Counted from the stretch's first letter, positions 1 through 8,456 are shown. The stretch is DNA of 19,441 bases from Candidatus Thorarchaeota archaeon (GCA_048882385.1 JBHLRQ010000057.1:1-19441), one strand, 5' to 3'. Notes: a model not told the origin generated them from the letters alone. Numbers and translations are program-made.

Positions 1-752
1 TCTTTCTCAGGAGCTGCTCGCAACCGGGGATTGGTTTGCCGTTTCAAGATTCCTTTCACGACCAACTCGACCGGCAATGAGCCTGATTCACATATTTCCA
101 ACAGGGGATAGATTGCAGCTCTTAGCTGTTTAGCAAAAGCGGACCAACTGAAGATGGTTTTAGCGTAATCTATTGCTTGGTCAAGTGGAATCACTGTCAC
201 ACTCGACGTCATCTCCTCTGGAATCGATTCGGCATCAATGAGAAATCCGACAAAAGGGCAGGAATCAACAGCTGAATCATACATTTCATCCTCTCCTTTC
301 GCAGGTATGCCATTGGGTGCAATCACGAAAATATTAGAATATGGATCTGAATCATTTCCCACCGGATCAACTGTGATCTCTATGAGAGCCCTAGTCAAGG
401 CGTCTTTCGATTGTATCACCGTTCTCGCTCCGAAGAGGCCCGCTACTCCCAAGGAATCGATAGCACACATGGCATATCCGGAGCCTATACCCTCGACAGT
501 TATTCTATGGTCAGTTTCAAAAGGTGAAAATGGATAGGCACCTCGTAGAATGCCTTCATCATCAAAGCTCAAAAGCGACGAGAAGTGTGCTACCTCCACA
601 TAGTTGAGTTGTTTGAAAAGCCTAGAAAACTTCACCTGTATCTCATCAAATGTCATTCCCTTTAGCACGTAACCCAGGACCTTGAGGTGTAGGTCTAGGA
701 AGTCACTAACGACTCGATTATTGATCAGTTTCAATTGTGCATCGGTTGTCAC
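1..752 (-). CDS. merB: MerB-like alkylmercury (organomercurial) lyase family protein, 3' end runs off the window
   Basis: Not in the ORF track; translated by hand from GTG at 752, with AGGAG upstream. The frame is open to the window edge. It contains GAYPFSPFETDHRITVEGIGSGYAMCAIDSLGV (the CxxD of the MerB Cys96/Asp99 motif) and a later DSCPFVGF (Cys159-like). Confidence 0.75.
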   Translation of the reverse strand, partial: MTTDAQLKLINNRVVSDFLDLHLKVLGYVLKGMTFDEIQVKFSRLFKQLNYVEVAHFSSLLSFDDEGILRGAYPFSPFETDHRITVEGIGSGYAMCAIDSLGVAGLFGARTVIQSKDALTRALIEITVDPVGNDSDPYSNIFVIAPNGIPAKGEDEMYDSAVDSCPFVGFLIDAESIPEEMTSSVTVIPLDQAIDYAKTIFSWSAFAKQLRAAIYPLLEICESGSLPVELVVKGILKRQTNPRLRAAPEK

Positions 753-956
753 CTAATCAACTCCTATATGGTGACTGAAGAATCGTCATGTAATGTCTGT
801 AAAGAACGACTTCATGGAGCAATTGGTTGGGAGGTTCAAAGCTTCTCTCTCCACAACCTGCGAGAGCCATGAATTCCACATACTTTTCAAACTATTGTTA
901 AGAGCAATCACATAGGACGCAGATAATGAGTCTAAGGACTAGCCATGGTAGAACTA

Positions 957-1057
957 CGGGTAATTACCCAACTGGAACTTTAGAGCACCTTTCCTCTTTT
1001 GCAACAGTCAATCTTGAATTTGAGCGAACTCTCTGTTCCATCTAAAAGGCAACAATC
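957..1057 (+). repeat. Degenerate intergenic repeat copy A (extended right part)
   Basis: cgggTAAt as in copy B, then agagcacctttcctcttttgcaacagtcaa and gaactctctgttccatctaaaaggcaaca, which matches 18628-18732. Confidence 0.65.
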
Positions 1058-1134
1058 TCTTCATTATGCTCATTTGTCCCTTAGATTTATGAAACATGTT
1101 GTAATAATTTGCCAAAGAAACAGGGTGATTAATA

Positions 1135-2268
1135 TTGAAAACTAGTCTAGAAAAGAAAGTCTTCAGCAAACGCATTGCAAACTGCTCCAAAGCAATGAAT
1201 GAAGAAGGACAAGACGTCCTTCTATTGACAAAACCATCCAACATGTATTATTTCACAGGGGATGGACGTCTCTGTGCTTTTGTAATGATTAGTAGTGACC
1301 AACAGGTTGCAATCGGCGTTCCGCAAACCGATGTAGAAGATGTGACTGATTTGGCACATTTTGATCACATCCTTTCCTTCGAGGATGAAGTAGGTATGAT
1401 CCATTCGATTGCAAAGTTCTTCAGACAGTTTGGAATCAGCAAGGGGGTCGTTGGACTGGAACATACTTTCCTGACCAGTTCGATGATGAAGATGCTTACA
1501 CACCCACATGCCAAACCAGAAGCAGTGACCGTTGCTGACTGCACTGACATTCTCTCGAAACTAAGAACAGTGAAAGACAGCATTGAGATAGAATTGATGA
1601 AAGAGGCAGGACGGATTGCTGACTTAGGGATGGAAGCTGCAATGACTTCTATCAAGGTTGGGATGACAGAGAGCCAGATTGCAGGAGAAGGCGAATACGC
1701 AATGCGTCAAGCTGGTGCTGAAGGGTTCTGGCGTTCCTATGTTGCAAGTGGATCACGGACACGAATTGCACATGGCATTCCCACAAGTCGTAAGGTGCAA
1801 AAAGGCGATATCATCATGATTGACCTTCATCCCTTCGTCAATAATTACTCGTCTGACATCTGTCGATTAGCCTGTATAGGAGAACCAGCAAAAGATCAGA
1901 TCAAAGCATATGATGTATACTTAGAAGCATTACAAAAGACGACAGCGAAATCAGTCGCAGGAATCGATATGGTCGAGCTCGAAAAGACACTTCATGGTGT
2001 CATTCAGACTGCTGGTTATGGGGAGAACATCTTTGGTCCTCCTATCCATGGAATCGGTATTAACTTCGAAGAAGCTCCACTACCTCCTGGTCATGCTTTC
2101 TTCCATGGTGAAAAAGCACCTCCACCTTTAGAAGAAAATACAACTATTGCCATAGGAAATTGCGGAATCTATTCCAAACATTGGGGAATAAGAATAGAGG
2201 ACACTGTTGTAATTGGAAAAAGATCCCCCTTGGTATTGACAAACTATTCACGTGATTTGAAATTGTAA
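1135..2268 (+). CDS. M24 family Xaa-Pro aminopeptidase/prolidase-like protein
   Basis: Creatinase-type N-domain (NMYYFTG) and LRTVKDSIEIELM. Motifs HG, MIDL, YSSDICR, IHGIG and GIRIEDTV. AGGGTGA RBS before the TTG start. Confidence 0.9.
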   Translation: MKTSLEKKVFSKRIANCSKAMNEEGQDVLLLTKPSNMYYFTGDGRLCAFVMISSDQQVAIGVPQTDVEDVTDLAHFDHILSFEDEVGMIHSIAKFFRQFGISKGVVGLEHTFLTSSMMKMLTHPHAKPEAVTVADCTDILSKLRTVKDSIEIELMKEAGRIADLGMEAAMTSIKVGMTESQIAGEGEYAMRQAGAEGFWRSYVASGSRTRIAHGIPTSRKVQKGDIIMIDLHPFVNNYSSDICRLACIGEPAKDQIKAYDVYLEALQKTTAKSVAGIDMVELEKTLHGVIQTAGYGENIFGPPIHGIGINFEEAPLPPGHAFFHGEKAPPPLEENTTIAIGNCGIYSKHWGIRIEDTVVIGKRSPLVLTNYSRDLKL

Positions 2269-2340
2269 GTCAATAGAGGAATCATTGTTGAAGAAATCTA
2301 AGCATTGAAGTCCGAGTAGGAGTAGATATTTTGACCTCTC

Positions 2341-2428
2341 CCTAGATGATTATGAAGTAAAGGTTGACAGGGTCGGGTAATCAGGGACCTTTCCCTAGCC
2401 GTTCACTGTTGAGCACCCTTTCATTTTC
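2341..2428 (+). repeat. Degenerate intergenic repeat copy B (reference copy, 88 bp)
   Basis: cctagatgattatgaagtaaaggttgacagggtcgggTAAtcagggacctttccctagccgttcactGTTGAGCaccctttcattttc, with an internal AGGGA/TCCCT hairpin. Confidence 0.85.
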
Positions 2429-2477
2429 GTTAAATATATGGAGAATAGCTTCGATGCATTAGGATTTGATTTGTGAT

Positions 2478-2495
2478 TCATGTCTAATGACGGTA
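2478..2495. promoter_or_regulatory. Partial match to the Bat-HTH-associated palindrome upstream of the DGC gene
   Basis: tcatgtctaATGACGGTA: the right half-site matches the consensus TACNGTCATATGACNGTA. Confidence 0.4.
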
Positions 2496-2560
2496 TTGTA
2501 GTATAGCAAATTCGACATAGCTACATATTAGCACAGTTTGAAGACATAGAAAATGTGAGT

Positions 2561-3034
2561 ATGCTTATGAGAGAACCGAATACAGATTTTACTCTAGAGG
2601 TAACAGGAACTAGTAGGCGGTGTCCCATTGGAGAGAAAACTGGTGCTCAATATATGTCGGAGAAGAAAACACCTATTCTCGCCTGTGCAGGAGCATGTAT
2701 CCGAGGGGAAATCGCTCGATTAGCCGCGAACATAGTTTCGAAAAACGACGGGTTTCGACATGCATGTCATGGCGAAGTACTCACTGTCCCGGGGTCGGGA
2801 TTTGATAATTGGGTAGCAGCAGCAGACAAAGTCATACTAATCGACGGATGTTTCATGCGATGTTGGGGACGGATTTTAGAAAATCTGATTCCTGAAGAGA
2901 AGTTGGTTCAATTCGATGCTTTATCTCATTATAAGAAGTATACGAATCTATTCGACATTGATGCTGTCCCTGAATCTGAAAGGAATCAAGTAGCACAAAG
3001 TGTGGCTAGTTGGGTACTTGCCAGTATGGAATAG
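2561..3034 (+). CDS. DGC-domain putative zinc-binding protein
   Basis: CAGACIRGEIARLAA, ACHG and IDGCFMRC motifs. The start could be 2555, 2561 or 2567. Confidence 0.85.
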   Translation: MLMREPNTDFTLEVTGTSRRCPIGEKTGAQYMSEKKTPILACAGACIRGEIARLAANIVSKNDGFRHACHGEVLTVPGSGFDNWVAAADKVILIDGCFMRCWGRILENLIPEEKLVQFDALSHYKKYTNLFDIDAVPESERNQVAQSVASWVLASME

Positions 3035-3040
3035 GATGCC

Positions 3041-3065
3041 CATTGCTGAGTCCCTGCCATTTTCC
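3041..3065 (+). repeat. Degenerate repeat copy C (3' motif only)
   Basis: cattgctgagtccctgccattttcc resembles ctgttgagcaccctttcattttc. Confidence 0.45.
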
Positions 3066-3080
3066 TATGGCTGCTATCCA

Positions 3081-3764
3081 TTAATGTGCGCGCCGGAAAA
3101 GCTGGATATATGGTATGAGTGCCGCCACTAACTTTCCTTCCGCTTTCTTCAAATGATCGACAAATGTAGTTCTTGGAACATGCAACCTCTTCGCTATTGT
3201 CTGAACATTCGCTCTTCTTGGAAAACTGAAGTATCCGTGAGAGTACGCGGTGACTAGAGCATCCATTTGCCTATCCGTCAGTTCTGAAAACAAAGTATCT
3301 GCTGTCATCGCTATTGAGCTGATGAACGAACCACTGTACGGTTTCTTCCGTATTATTTCGACATCAAAATGTTCAGTTGCGAGATTCTTCATCAACTTCG
3401 TGATATCTTCATGCTTGAACGCAACTATCCTATAGTATTCCCAACCCTTCTCATAATACACTGGGTTGAATTCGAGGAAGTTCAACTCCTCGAGATAGCG
3501 GCTCACAGATCCAGGTTCTAGACAGGAACATGATTTCGTGACCAAATGTACCCTGTCGCTATCTGATACCTCATTCATGATATTCATGGTTTTCTCCAAA
3601 TCACCCCGAATGCTGGAGTATTCGTCCTGATTCCGAATAACTAACTCTAGGACATCGTGCTCACGATTACACCATTGAAATATCTTCAAAGATGGATGCT
3701 TGCGTGAAATGTTTCCAATTGGACAATCATGACTGACTTTGAATGTGACCTCGAAGAGTGGCAT
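3081..3764 (-). CDS. Bat-type (bacterio-opsin activator, HTH_10) transcription regulator
   Basis: C-terminal LTDRQMDALVTAYSHGYFSFPRRANVQTIAKRLHVPRTTFVDHLKKAEGKL; N-terminal HDCP. Confidence 0.9.
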   Translation of the reverse strand: MPLFEVTFKVSHDCPIGNISRKHPSLKIFQWCNREHDVLELVIRNQDEYSSIRGDLEKTMNIMNEVSDSDRVHLVTKSCSCLEPGSVSRYLEELNFLEFNPVYYEKGWEYYRIVAFKHEDITKLMKNLATEHFDVEIIRKKPYSGSFISSIAMTADTLFSELTDRQMDALVTAYSHGYFSFPRRANVQTIAKRLHVPRTTFVDHLKKAEGKLVAALIPYIQLFRRAH

Positions 3765-3798
3765 ACCCTTTCACTGTTTCAATCCAATATATAGTATT

Positions 3799-3843
3799 AG
3801 CAGTAATATTACGTTTAGATTTAACTACCGTCATATTACGCTA
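3799..3843. promoter_or_regulatory. Tandem palindromic operator-like sites in the divergent promoter
   Basis: agcaGTAATATTACgttt (3799-3816) and TACCGTCATATTACGCTA (3826-3843) resemble 14329-14346. Confidence 0.55.
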
Positions 3844-3887
3844 CAATATTAAACTGAGTTCTGGGTATCTATAATCATGTGATTATC

Positions 3888-4103
3888 ATGGCGTGTGAAA
3901 CAAGTTATGTATCAATAGAACGTAAAGTCACAATTCGAGATGACGAAGAGCCAGTCGATACATCCATCCGTCTGAACAGCGATGGGAACAAGGCTGAACA
4001 GATTAGGGCGTCGCGTGGGAGGATGTACCTTAAACGCAATCGCAATGATCGATACAGGACATCTGGAAGGGCTCTCTTGTTTGCGGCTTCCTTTAACAAA
4101 TAA
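3888..4103 (+). CDS. Small hypothetical protein (71 aa, basic C-terminal half)
   Basis: ATG at 3888, downstream of an AT-rich TATA-like stretch (aatattaaa, about 3845-3853) and divergent from the regulator. No recognisable family. Confidence 0.5.
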   Translation: MACETSYVSIERKVTIRDDEEPVDTSIRLNSDGNKAEQIRASRGRMYLKRNRNDRYRTSGRALLFAASFNK

Positions 4104-4118
4104 TGCGGAAGACATGAA

Positions 4119-4262
4119 ATGCAAGAACTGCTATCTGTATTGCTTTTCCCGCCTCTATTTGTTATTGGATTTTTCAGCGGAATTGCGTCGTTACTACTCG
4201 GTTATAGAGAAGACCTGAGAGTCTTCGCAAGGAGAATTAGAAACAATCGATCAAATGATTGA
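4119..4262 (+). CDS. Small single-pass membrane protein (47 aa), below the ORF-track cutoff
   Basis: MQELLSVLLFPPLFVIGFFSGIASLLLGYREDLRVFARRIRNNRSND*: a hydrophobic helix followed by an Arg-rich tail. It fills the gap between the neighbouring ORFs. Confidence 0.6.
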   Translation: MQELLSVLLFPPLFVIGFFSGIASLLLGYREDLRVFARRIRNNRSND

Positions 4263-4278
4263 GAAGGAGGTGAAACAG

Positions 4279-4506
4279 ATGGGATGCGGAAGTGCAACGA
4301 GAAAGAGAAAATCTAGAGCAACTGTGAGAAATCCTGAGAGAATTGGTCGCGGTACATCAGCTATTCTGATGCCTCGAGTTCCACAGAAATGCTTCAACTG
4401 TGGGGCGAGCATTCACACTGAAAAGGTGAATTGGATTGGCCCAGATAGAATAGAGTGTCCATACTGCGGACAAGCCTTAACGGTTGAATTCGAAAAAGTG
4501 GCTTGA
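4279..4506 (+). CDS. Small zinc-ribbon protein
   Basis: Strong RBS AGGAGGTGA before ATG 4279. CFNC...CPYC pairs and a basic N-terminus. Confidence 0.8.
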   Translation: MGCGSATRKRKSRATVRNPERIGRGTSAILMPRVPQKCFNCGASIHTEKVNWIGPDRIECPYCGQALTVEFEKVA

Positions 4507-4526
4507 ATGGGTGCAGAGGCAGCGGT

Positions 4527-4593
4527 GAGATAGAGTATTTAGGGAAATACCCTTCTCACATTGCTGAACCTCTTTCCATTTTTCAATCATCAA
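4527..4593 (+). repeat. Degenerate repeat copy D
   Basis: gagatagagtatttAGGGaaataCCCTtctcacattgctgaacctctttccatttttcaatcatcaa. Confidence 0.65.
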
Positions 4594-4604
4594 TGTTTTT
4601 GATA

Positions 4605-5183
4605 CTATCTGGAGTTTGCAGTATCACCTTTCGGAAGAATTCCATATCGCTGAACAAATTCACTCTTGATGATGTCCATAATAGCTACATCGTCTCGTTT
4701 TCCATTAATGTATGCTCCTTCTCTAAGAAATCCCAATTTCTGAAATCCAATCTTCTCATAGAAACTGATCGCATGTTGATTGAATTTGTAGACAAAGAGA
4801 TAGACATTATGTAATCCCAAAATGTTGAAAGTAAAATCGAGCAGAACCAACATAGCATCTTTTCCGTAGCCCTTTCCTCTATTGTTTTTGTCAAAGATTA
4901 CCAAGTTATCAATCATACCAGTACCACTGATCCAGTTGACGTTAGATACATCTATGAATCCCACTAGTTTCCGTGTTGTTTTGTCTTCAATGCCGAATGT
5001 GAAGACATATCGACCCGCAAAGCCTTCATTCCTCGATGAAATAAAATCCTGAATCTCCTTGTGTGTCTTGGGAAATGGATTTGGGAAATATTGCCTGACT
5101 TGATATTCATTCCAGTGTTCAAGTATGATGTCTGCGTCTTCAAGCTCTAAACGTCTTAGCTTTACTGTTTCCCCTTGGTACAT
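4605..5183 (-). CDS. GNAT acetyltransferase, RimJ/RimL family
   Basis: Likely start at ATG 5183 (MYQGETVKLRRLE). Motifs NRGKGYGKDAM, LGLHNVYL and NQHAISFYEKIGFQKLG. Confidence 0.9.
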   Translation of the reverse strand: MYQGETVKLRRLELEDADIILEHWNEYQVRQYFPNPFPKTHKEIQDFISSRNEGFAGRYVFTFGIEDKTTRKLVGFIDVSNVNWISGTGMIDNLVIFDKNNRGKGYGKDAMLVLLDFTFNILGLHNVYLFVYKFNQHAISFYEKIGFQKLGFLREGAYINGKRDDVAIMDIIKSEFVQRYGILPKGDTANSR

Positions 5184-5320
5184 TAGAATCAGATAGGCGT
5201 ACTTCTCTCTAATTTTAACTATATGGAAGTGCGCTGGTTTATGCAATCGATAAGAAAGGTCATCGCAATTAGAAATTCATCTCAGAATAACTTCAGAACT
5301 TAGTATCTTCCATCATTTAT

Positions 5321-5408
5321 CCTAGATGGGCTTTTGGTGTAGACTGAAAGAGTCCGGTGAACAGGGAACTTTCCTACTATCATCAGTTTAGCTACCCTTT
5401 TCATTTTC
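5321..5408 (+). repeat. Degenerate repeat copy E (88 bp, colinear with copy B)
   Basis: cctagatg...agactgaaagagtccggTGAacagggaactttcct...gtttagctacccttttcattttc. About 55/88 ungapped identity to copy B by hand count, with the stop at the same offset. Confidence 0.85.
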
Positions 5409-5497
5409 CATTTGACATAGTATTGAGAAGATATATCACGATTCATCATACCTACCAAATGAAGTGAATCCTAGTTTCATTTCACTGGCGAACAAGA

Positions 5498-7429
5498 TTG
5501 ACATATGTCTACATGAAAGCTCTGGAATCAGCTCCAGAACGCTATGACAAAGGAATTAGATGGCTTGGTTGGCTAAAGTTAGATAGTATTCGTAACCATA
5601 TTGCTGACATAATTGAAGCTGAAGCAGAAAATGTACTTGAGATAGGAGCTGGTACTGGCACTCAAGCTCTTCTACTTGCAAAACGGGGTTTAGAAGTTAC
5701 AGGTTTAGACCACTCTTCTGGTATGCTGGCAATTGCTCAAGGAAAGATGGACTCTCTCGAAAAGGAGGAAGGTGAAACAGAGATTGGATCTAGAGTTACA
5801 TTATTGCACAAAGCCGCAGTGGAGCTAGATGAGTTCCCTCATGACTCATTTGATGCGGTCACATCAACACTTGTCCTATCTGAACTTGATCCATCTGAAC
5901 AACGATATGTGCTATCTCATGCGTTTCAGATAATAAAACCTGGAGGCATATTAGTACTAGCTGATGAAGTGATACCACGCCGGGCTTCGACAAGACTGGC
6001 ACATTCGTTGATTTCTGCTCCGCTGAAACTTATCACCTACGTGGTGACTCAGACTTCAACAAAGGCTGTTCGAGATTTAGATAGCATAATTGAGGAAGCA
6101 GGATTCGAAATCGAATCGATTGATAATTATCAGTTAGACTCTTTCCAGCTAATCATTGCAAGAAAACCAAAGGACTCTGATACAGGAGGAGAACCCATCC
6201 CGTCAATTAAGTTCAAACCTATCAAACCCCCATCCGGGGGATTACTTTCCACTTTTTGGGAAACAGCTGCAAGAATGATTGGACATTCTACACAGATTGG
6301 TCTCATCCCTGTGGGTGAACCGACCCCAGATAGCCCCGTACTCTGTACCTGCAATTTCCACTTAACAGTCCGCCGCCTCTATAAACTCTTGAAAACCTCG
6401 AAAATCAACTCCTGGATCCTTGTGGCTCCAACAGATGGCATTAACGTCTGGTGTGCGTCTTGTGGGAAAAACTTCAATGCAGGATCTGTCATTACAGCAA
6501 TCAAAATTTCAAGCCTTGAGAAGTACGTTAACCACCGTAGAATAATACTACCACAACTGGGAGCCTCTGGAATTGACCCAAAGAAAGTAAGTCAGATCAC
6601 AGGATGGCATTGTATCTGGGGTCCAGTGCATATGGAGGACATTCCTAGTTTTCTATCTGATTTCCCAAAATCAGTCCGAAACAAAACAGAGAAGCAGAGA
6701 AAAGTTCGATTTGGTATTGTCAACCGATTGGAGATGGCATCTGCATTATTCTTTCCAATATTGCTGTTATTGATGTTGCCTCTGTCCTTGATTCTCCTTT
6801 TCCTGAATCAAGAGGTTTGGATCATTCCCATACTTTTTACTATGCTGAGCCAGATTTACGGTCTCTTTCTGTTTTGGCCACTAATACCATCTAGATTGGG
6901 CACAAGCAAGACAGCAATCTGGTCATTAGTAATCATTGCTCTGATTTCTTTGGGTTCATGGTATACTACTGATATTCTTGAATTTCCTTATCCAAATGAA
7001 CCATCTTTCCAAGACTTTCTTGCTATTCTCAACTACTGGCCAGTATTGGTTTTTGCGCTCATTCTAATGGCTATCCTCATATATGATGCAGATGGGATGA
7101 CTCCTACACTTCGGTCGTCATTAGCAGCACGAAGTTGGAACAAAGGAAATACAGAGATACAAGAAAGATGGGGGAGTTCCTATTCCCTACTACCCTATGG
7201 AGAGATTTCAGCCATTTTGGATTCATGTAATGGTTGTGGAGTTTGTGTTGATGTTTGTCCTATGTTGATCCCTTCTGTGAATGAAGAAAGCAGAAAGGTC
7301 CAGTTAAGAACACCAGAAAGATGTGTTAATTGTCGAGCCTGTGTAAACCGATGTCCTGAGAACGCTCTATTCCTGAAGCCTGAAACAGAAGCTGCAAAGC
7401 AAGCCCTTCTCAAATTACAACTGAAATGA
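5498..7429 (+). CDS. Fusion of class I SAM methyltransferase, HgcA/CdhD-like corrinoid domain, multi-pass membrane region and 2x[4Fe-4S] ferredoxin (HgcAB-like)
   Basis: VLEIGAGTG SAM motif. Corrinoid-domain motifs PTPDSPVLCTCNFHLT, TDGINVWCASCGK and HRRIILPQLGASG. About 4 hydrophobic helices. Ferredoxin motifs CNGCGVCVDVCP and CVNCRACVNRCP. Confidence 0.85.
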   Translation: MTYVYMKALESAPERYDKGIRWLGWLKLDSIRNHIADIIEAEAENVLEIGAGTGTQALLLAKRGLEVTGLDHSSGMLAIAQGKMDSLEKEEGETEIGSRVTLLHKAAVELDEFPHDSFDAVTSTLVLSELDPSEQRYVLSHAFQIIKPGGILVLADEVIPRRASTRLAHSLISAPLKLITYVVTQTSTKAVRDLDSIIEEAGFEIESIDNYQLDSFQLIIARKPKDSDTGGEPIPSIKFKPIKPPSGGLLSTFWETAARMIGHSTQIGLIPVGEPTPDSPVLCTCNFHLTVRRLYKLLKTSKINSWILVAPTDGINVWCASCGKNFNAGSVITAIKISSLEKYVNHRRIILPQLGASGIDPKKVSQITGWHCIWGPVHMEDIPSFLSDFPKSVRNKTEKQRKVRFGIVNRLEMASALFFPILLLLMLPLSLILLFLNQEVWIIPILFTMLSQIYGLFLFWPLIPSRLGTSKTAIWSLVIIALISLGSWYTTDILEFPYPNEPSFQDFLAILNYWPVLVFALILMAILIYDADGMTPTLRSSLAARSWNKGNTEIQERWGSSYSLLPYGEISAILDSCNGCGVCVDVCPMLIPSVNEESRKVQLRTPERCVNCRACVNRCPENALFLKPETEAAKQALLKLQLK

Positions 7430-7465
7430 ACCAGTTTCTGAAGAAATCATTAGACATCAGCACTT

Positions 7466-7520
7466 GAAGGAGTAGAGGATGACGGGATTTGATGTACAGG
7501 GAATTACGAAACCTTCCTAG
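7466..7520 (+). repeat. Degenerate repeat copy F (left part and hairpin)
   Basis: gaaggagtagaggatgacgggattTGAtgtacagggaa...ttcctag aligns with gaagtaaaggttgacagggtcgggtaatcaggga. Confidence 0.65.
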
Positions 7521-7595
7521 AATCTTAACATGTTCATAGATGACGCCTAACACAAGGATTATATGAACCATGACGAAGATTATTAACAATAGTTA

Positions 7596-8045
7596 ATGGT
7601 TGTGACGAAACCAATGCCAGCACAAATCAGATTTTCTCAGGTTATTGATCGGCCAGTGGCCAAAGTGTTTCACTTCGTAGCTGAACAACACGTTCGCAAC
7701 CACCCACGCTGGGATCCAGACATAGAGCTATGGCTGGAATCAAACAGTCCAATCGGAGTTGGTACAATTATTCGCAGACGCAACAGTCGTAGTGGCACTC
7801 CTGTTGAGGGGACCATGGAGGTGGTGGAATTCAAGCCCAACCAAGTCATGGGAACGCTTATCCGTGATGGCCCAGCCGAGATGCGAGGGCGCATTACGTT
7901 CGAGGTTGTAAATGAGTCCCAAACTAATGTGACAACAGTCATTGATATTCCCGATATGGATGAGTCTATGGACACGAGTTTCATAACAAGCCGCTTGGAG
8001 CGGAGCGGCCGCAATATGAAGCAACTCATCGAGTCTGAAACCTAA
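7596..8045 (+). CDS. SRPBCC (START/polyketide cyclase-like) family protein
   Basis: IDRPVAKVFHFVA...HPRWDP, GVGT and EVVEFKPNQ pattern. Confidence 0.85.
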   Translation: MVVTKPMPAQIRFSQVIDRPVAKVFHFVAEQHVRNHPRWDPDIELWLESNSPIGVGTIIRRRNSRSGTPVEGTMEVVEFKPNQVMGTLIRDGPAEMRGRITFEVVNESQTNVTTVIDIPDMDESMDTSFITSRLERSGRNMKQLIESET

Positions 8046-8069
8046 GAATCGTTTGAAGAGTGTTGACAG

Positions 8070-8456
8070 ATGACTGACCCTATTGTATTCATCATCCGCA
8101 ATCGAGTGAAGGAAGGGATGCTCGACGATTTCAAGAATCACTATAAGAAAAGCATCCCACTGACAGAGAAAAGTAAGCAGGGTACAATTATCCAGCTTGC
8201 ATACATCAACGACGATGCTACTAATGTGGATATCATTCGCGTCTTTCCGAATGCAGAGGCATTAGATCAACAATTACAAGGAGCTGATCGACGAACAAAA
8301 ATAACCTACAAATTCATTGAACCAACCAGCATCGAGATTTATGGTACGCCCAACAATTTTGCCATCGAGATGATGAAGAAGATCGCAGGATTGGAGATTG
8401 ATGTGAGTGTCAAATCTCAATTCATTGGTGGCTTCATTCATTCCAATCACGAGTAA
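8070..8456 (+). CDS. Hypothetical protein, probable dimeric alpha-beta barrel (ABM-like)
   Basis: VKEGMLDDFK...GTIIQLAYIN...IEIYGTP pattern; apparently co-transcribed with the SRPBCC gene. Confidence 0.65.
   Translation: MTDPIVFIIRNRVKEGMLDDFKNHYKKSIPLTEKSKQGTIIQLAYINDDATNVDIIRVFPNAEALDQQLQGADRRTKITYKFIEPTSIEIYGTPNNFAIEMMKKIAGLEIDVSVKSQFIGGFIHSNHE

Noticed and set aside
238-537. 99-aa + strand ORF
   Set aside because: Antisense shadow of the MerB-like gene.
799-870. Possible additional repeat copy (gtaaagaacgac...ttggttgggagg...ctctcc...ctgcgagagcc)
   Set aside because: Similarity is too weak to call by eye; it needs a profile search.
3982-4218. Alternative 78-aa ORF ending MKCKNCYLYC...
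   Set aside because: It overlaps two better-fitting ORFs (3888-4103 and 4119-4262) and has no RBS or recognisable domain.
5361-5385. Group II intron domain VI-like end (hairpin plus cctact)
   Set aside because: No domain V consensus upstream and no reverse transcriptase gene.
5498-7429. Calling this a bona fide mercury methylase hgcA/hgcB
   Set aside because: The cap-helix motif deviates and the HgcB Cys tail is missing, so activity cannot be inferred.
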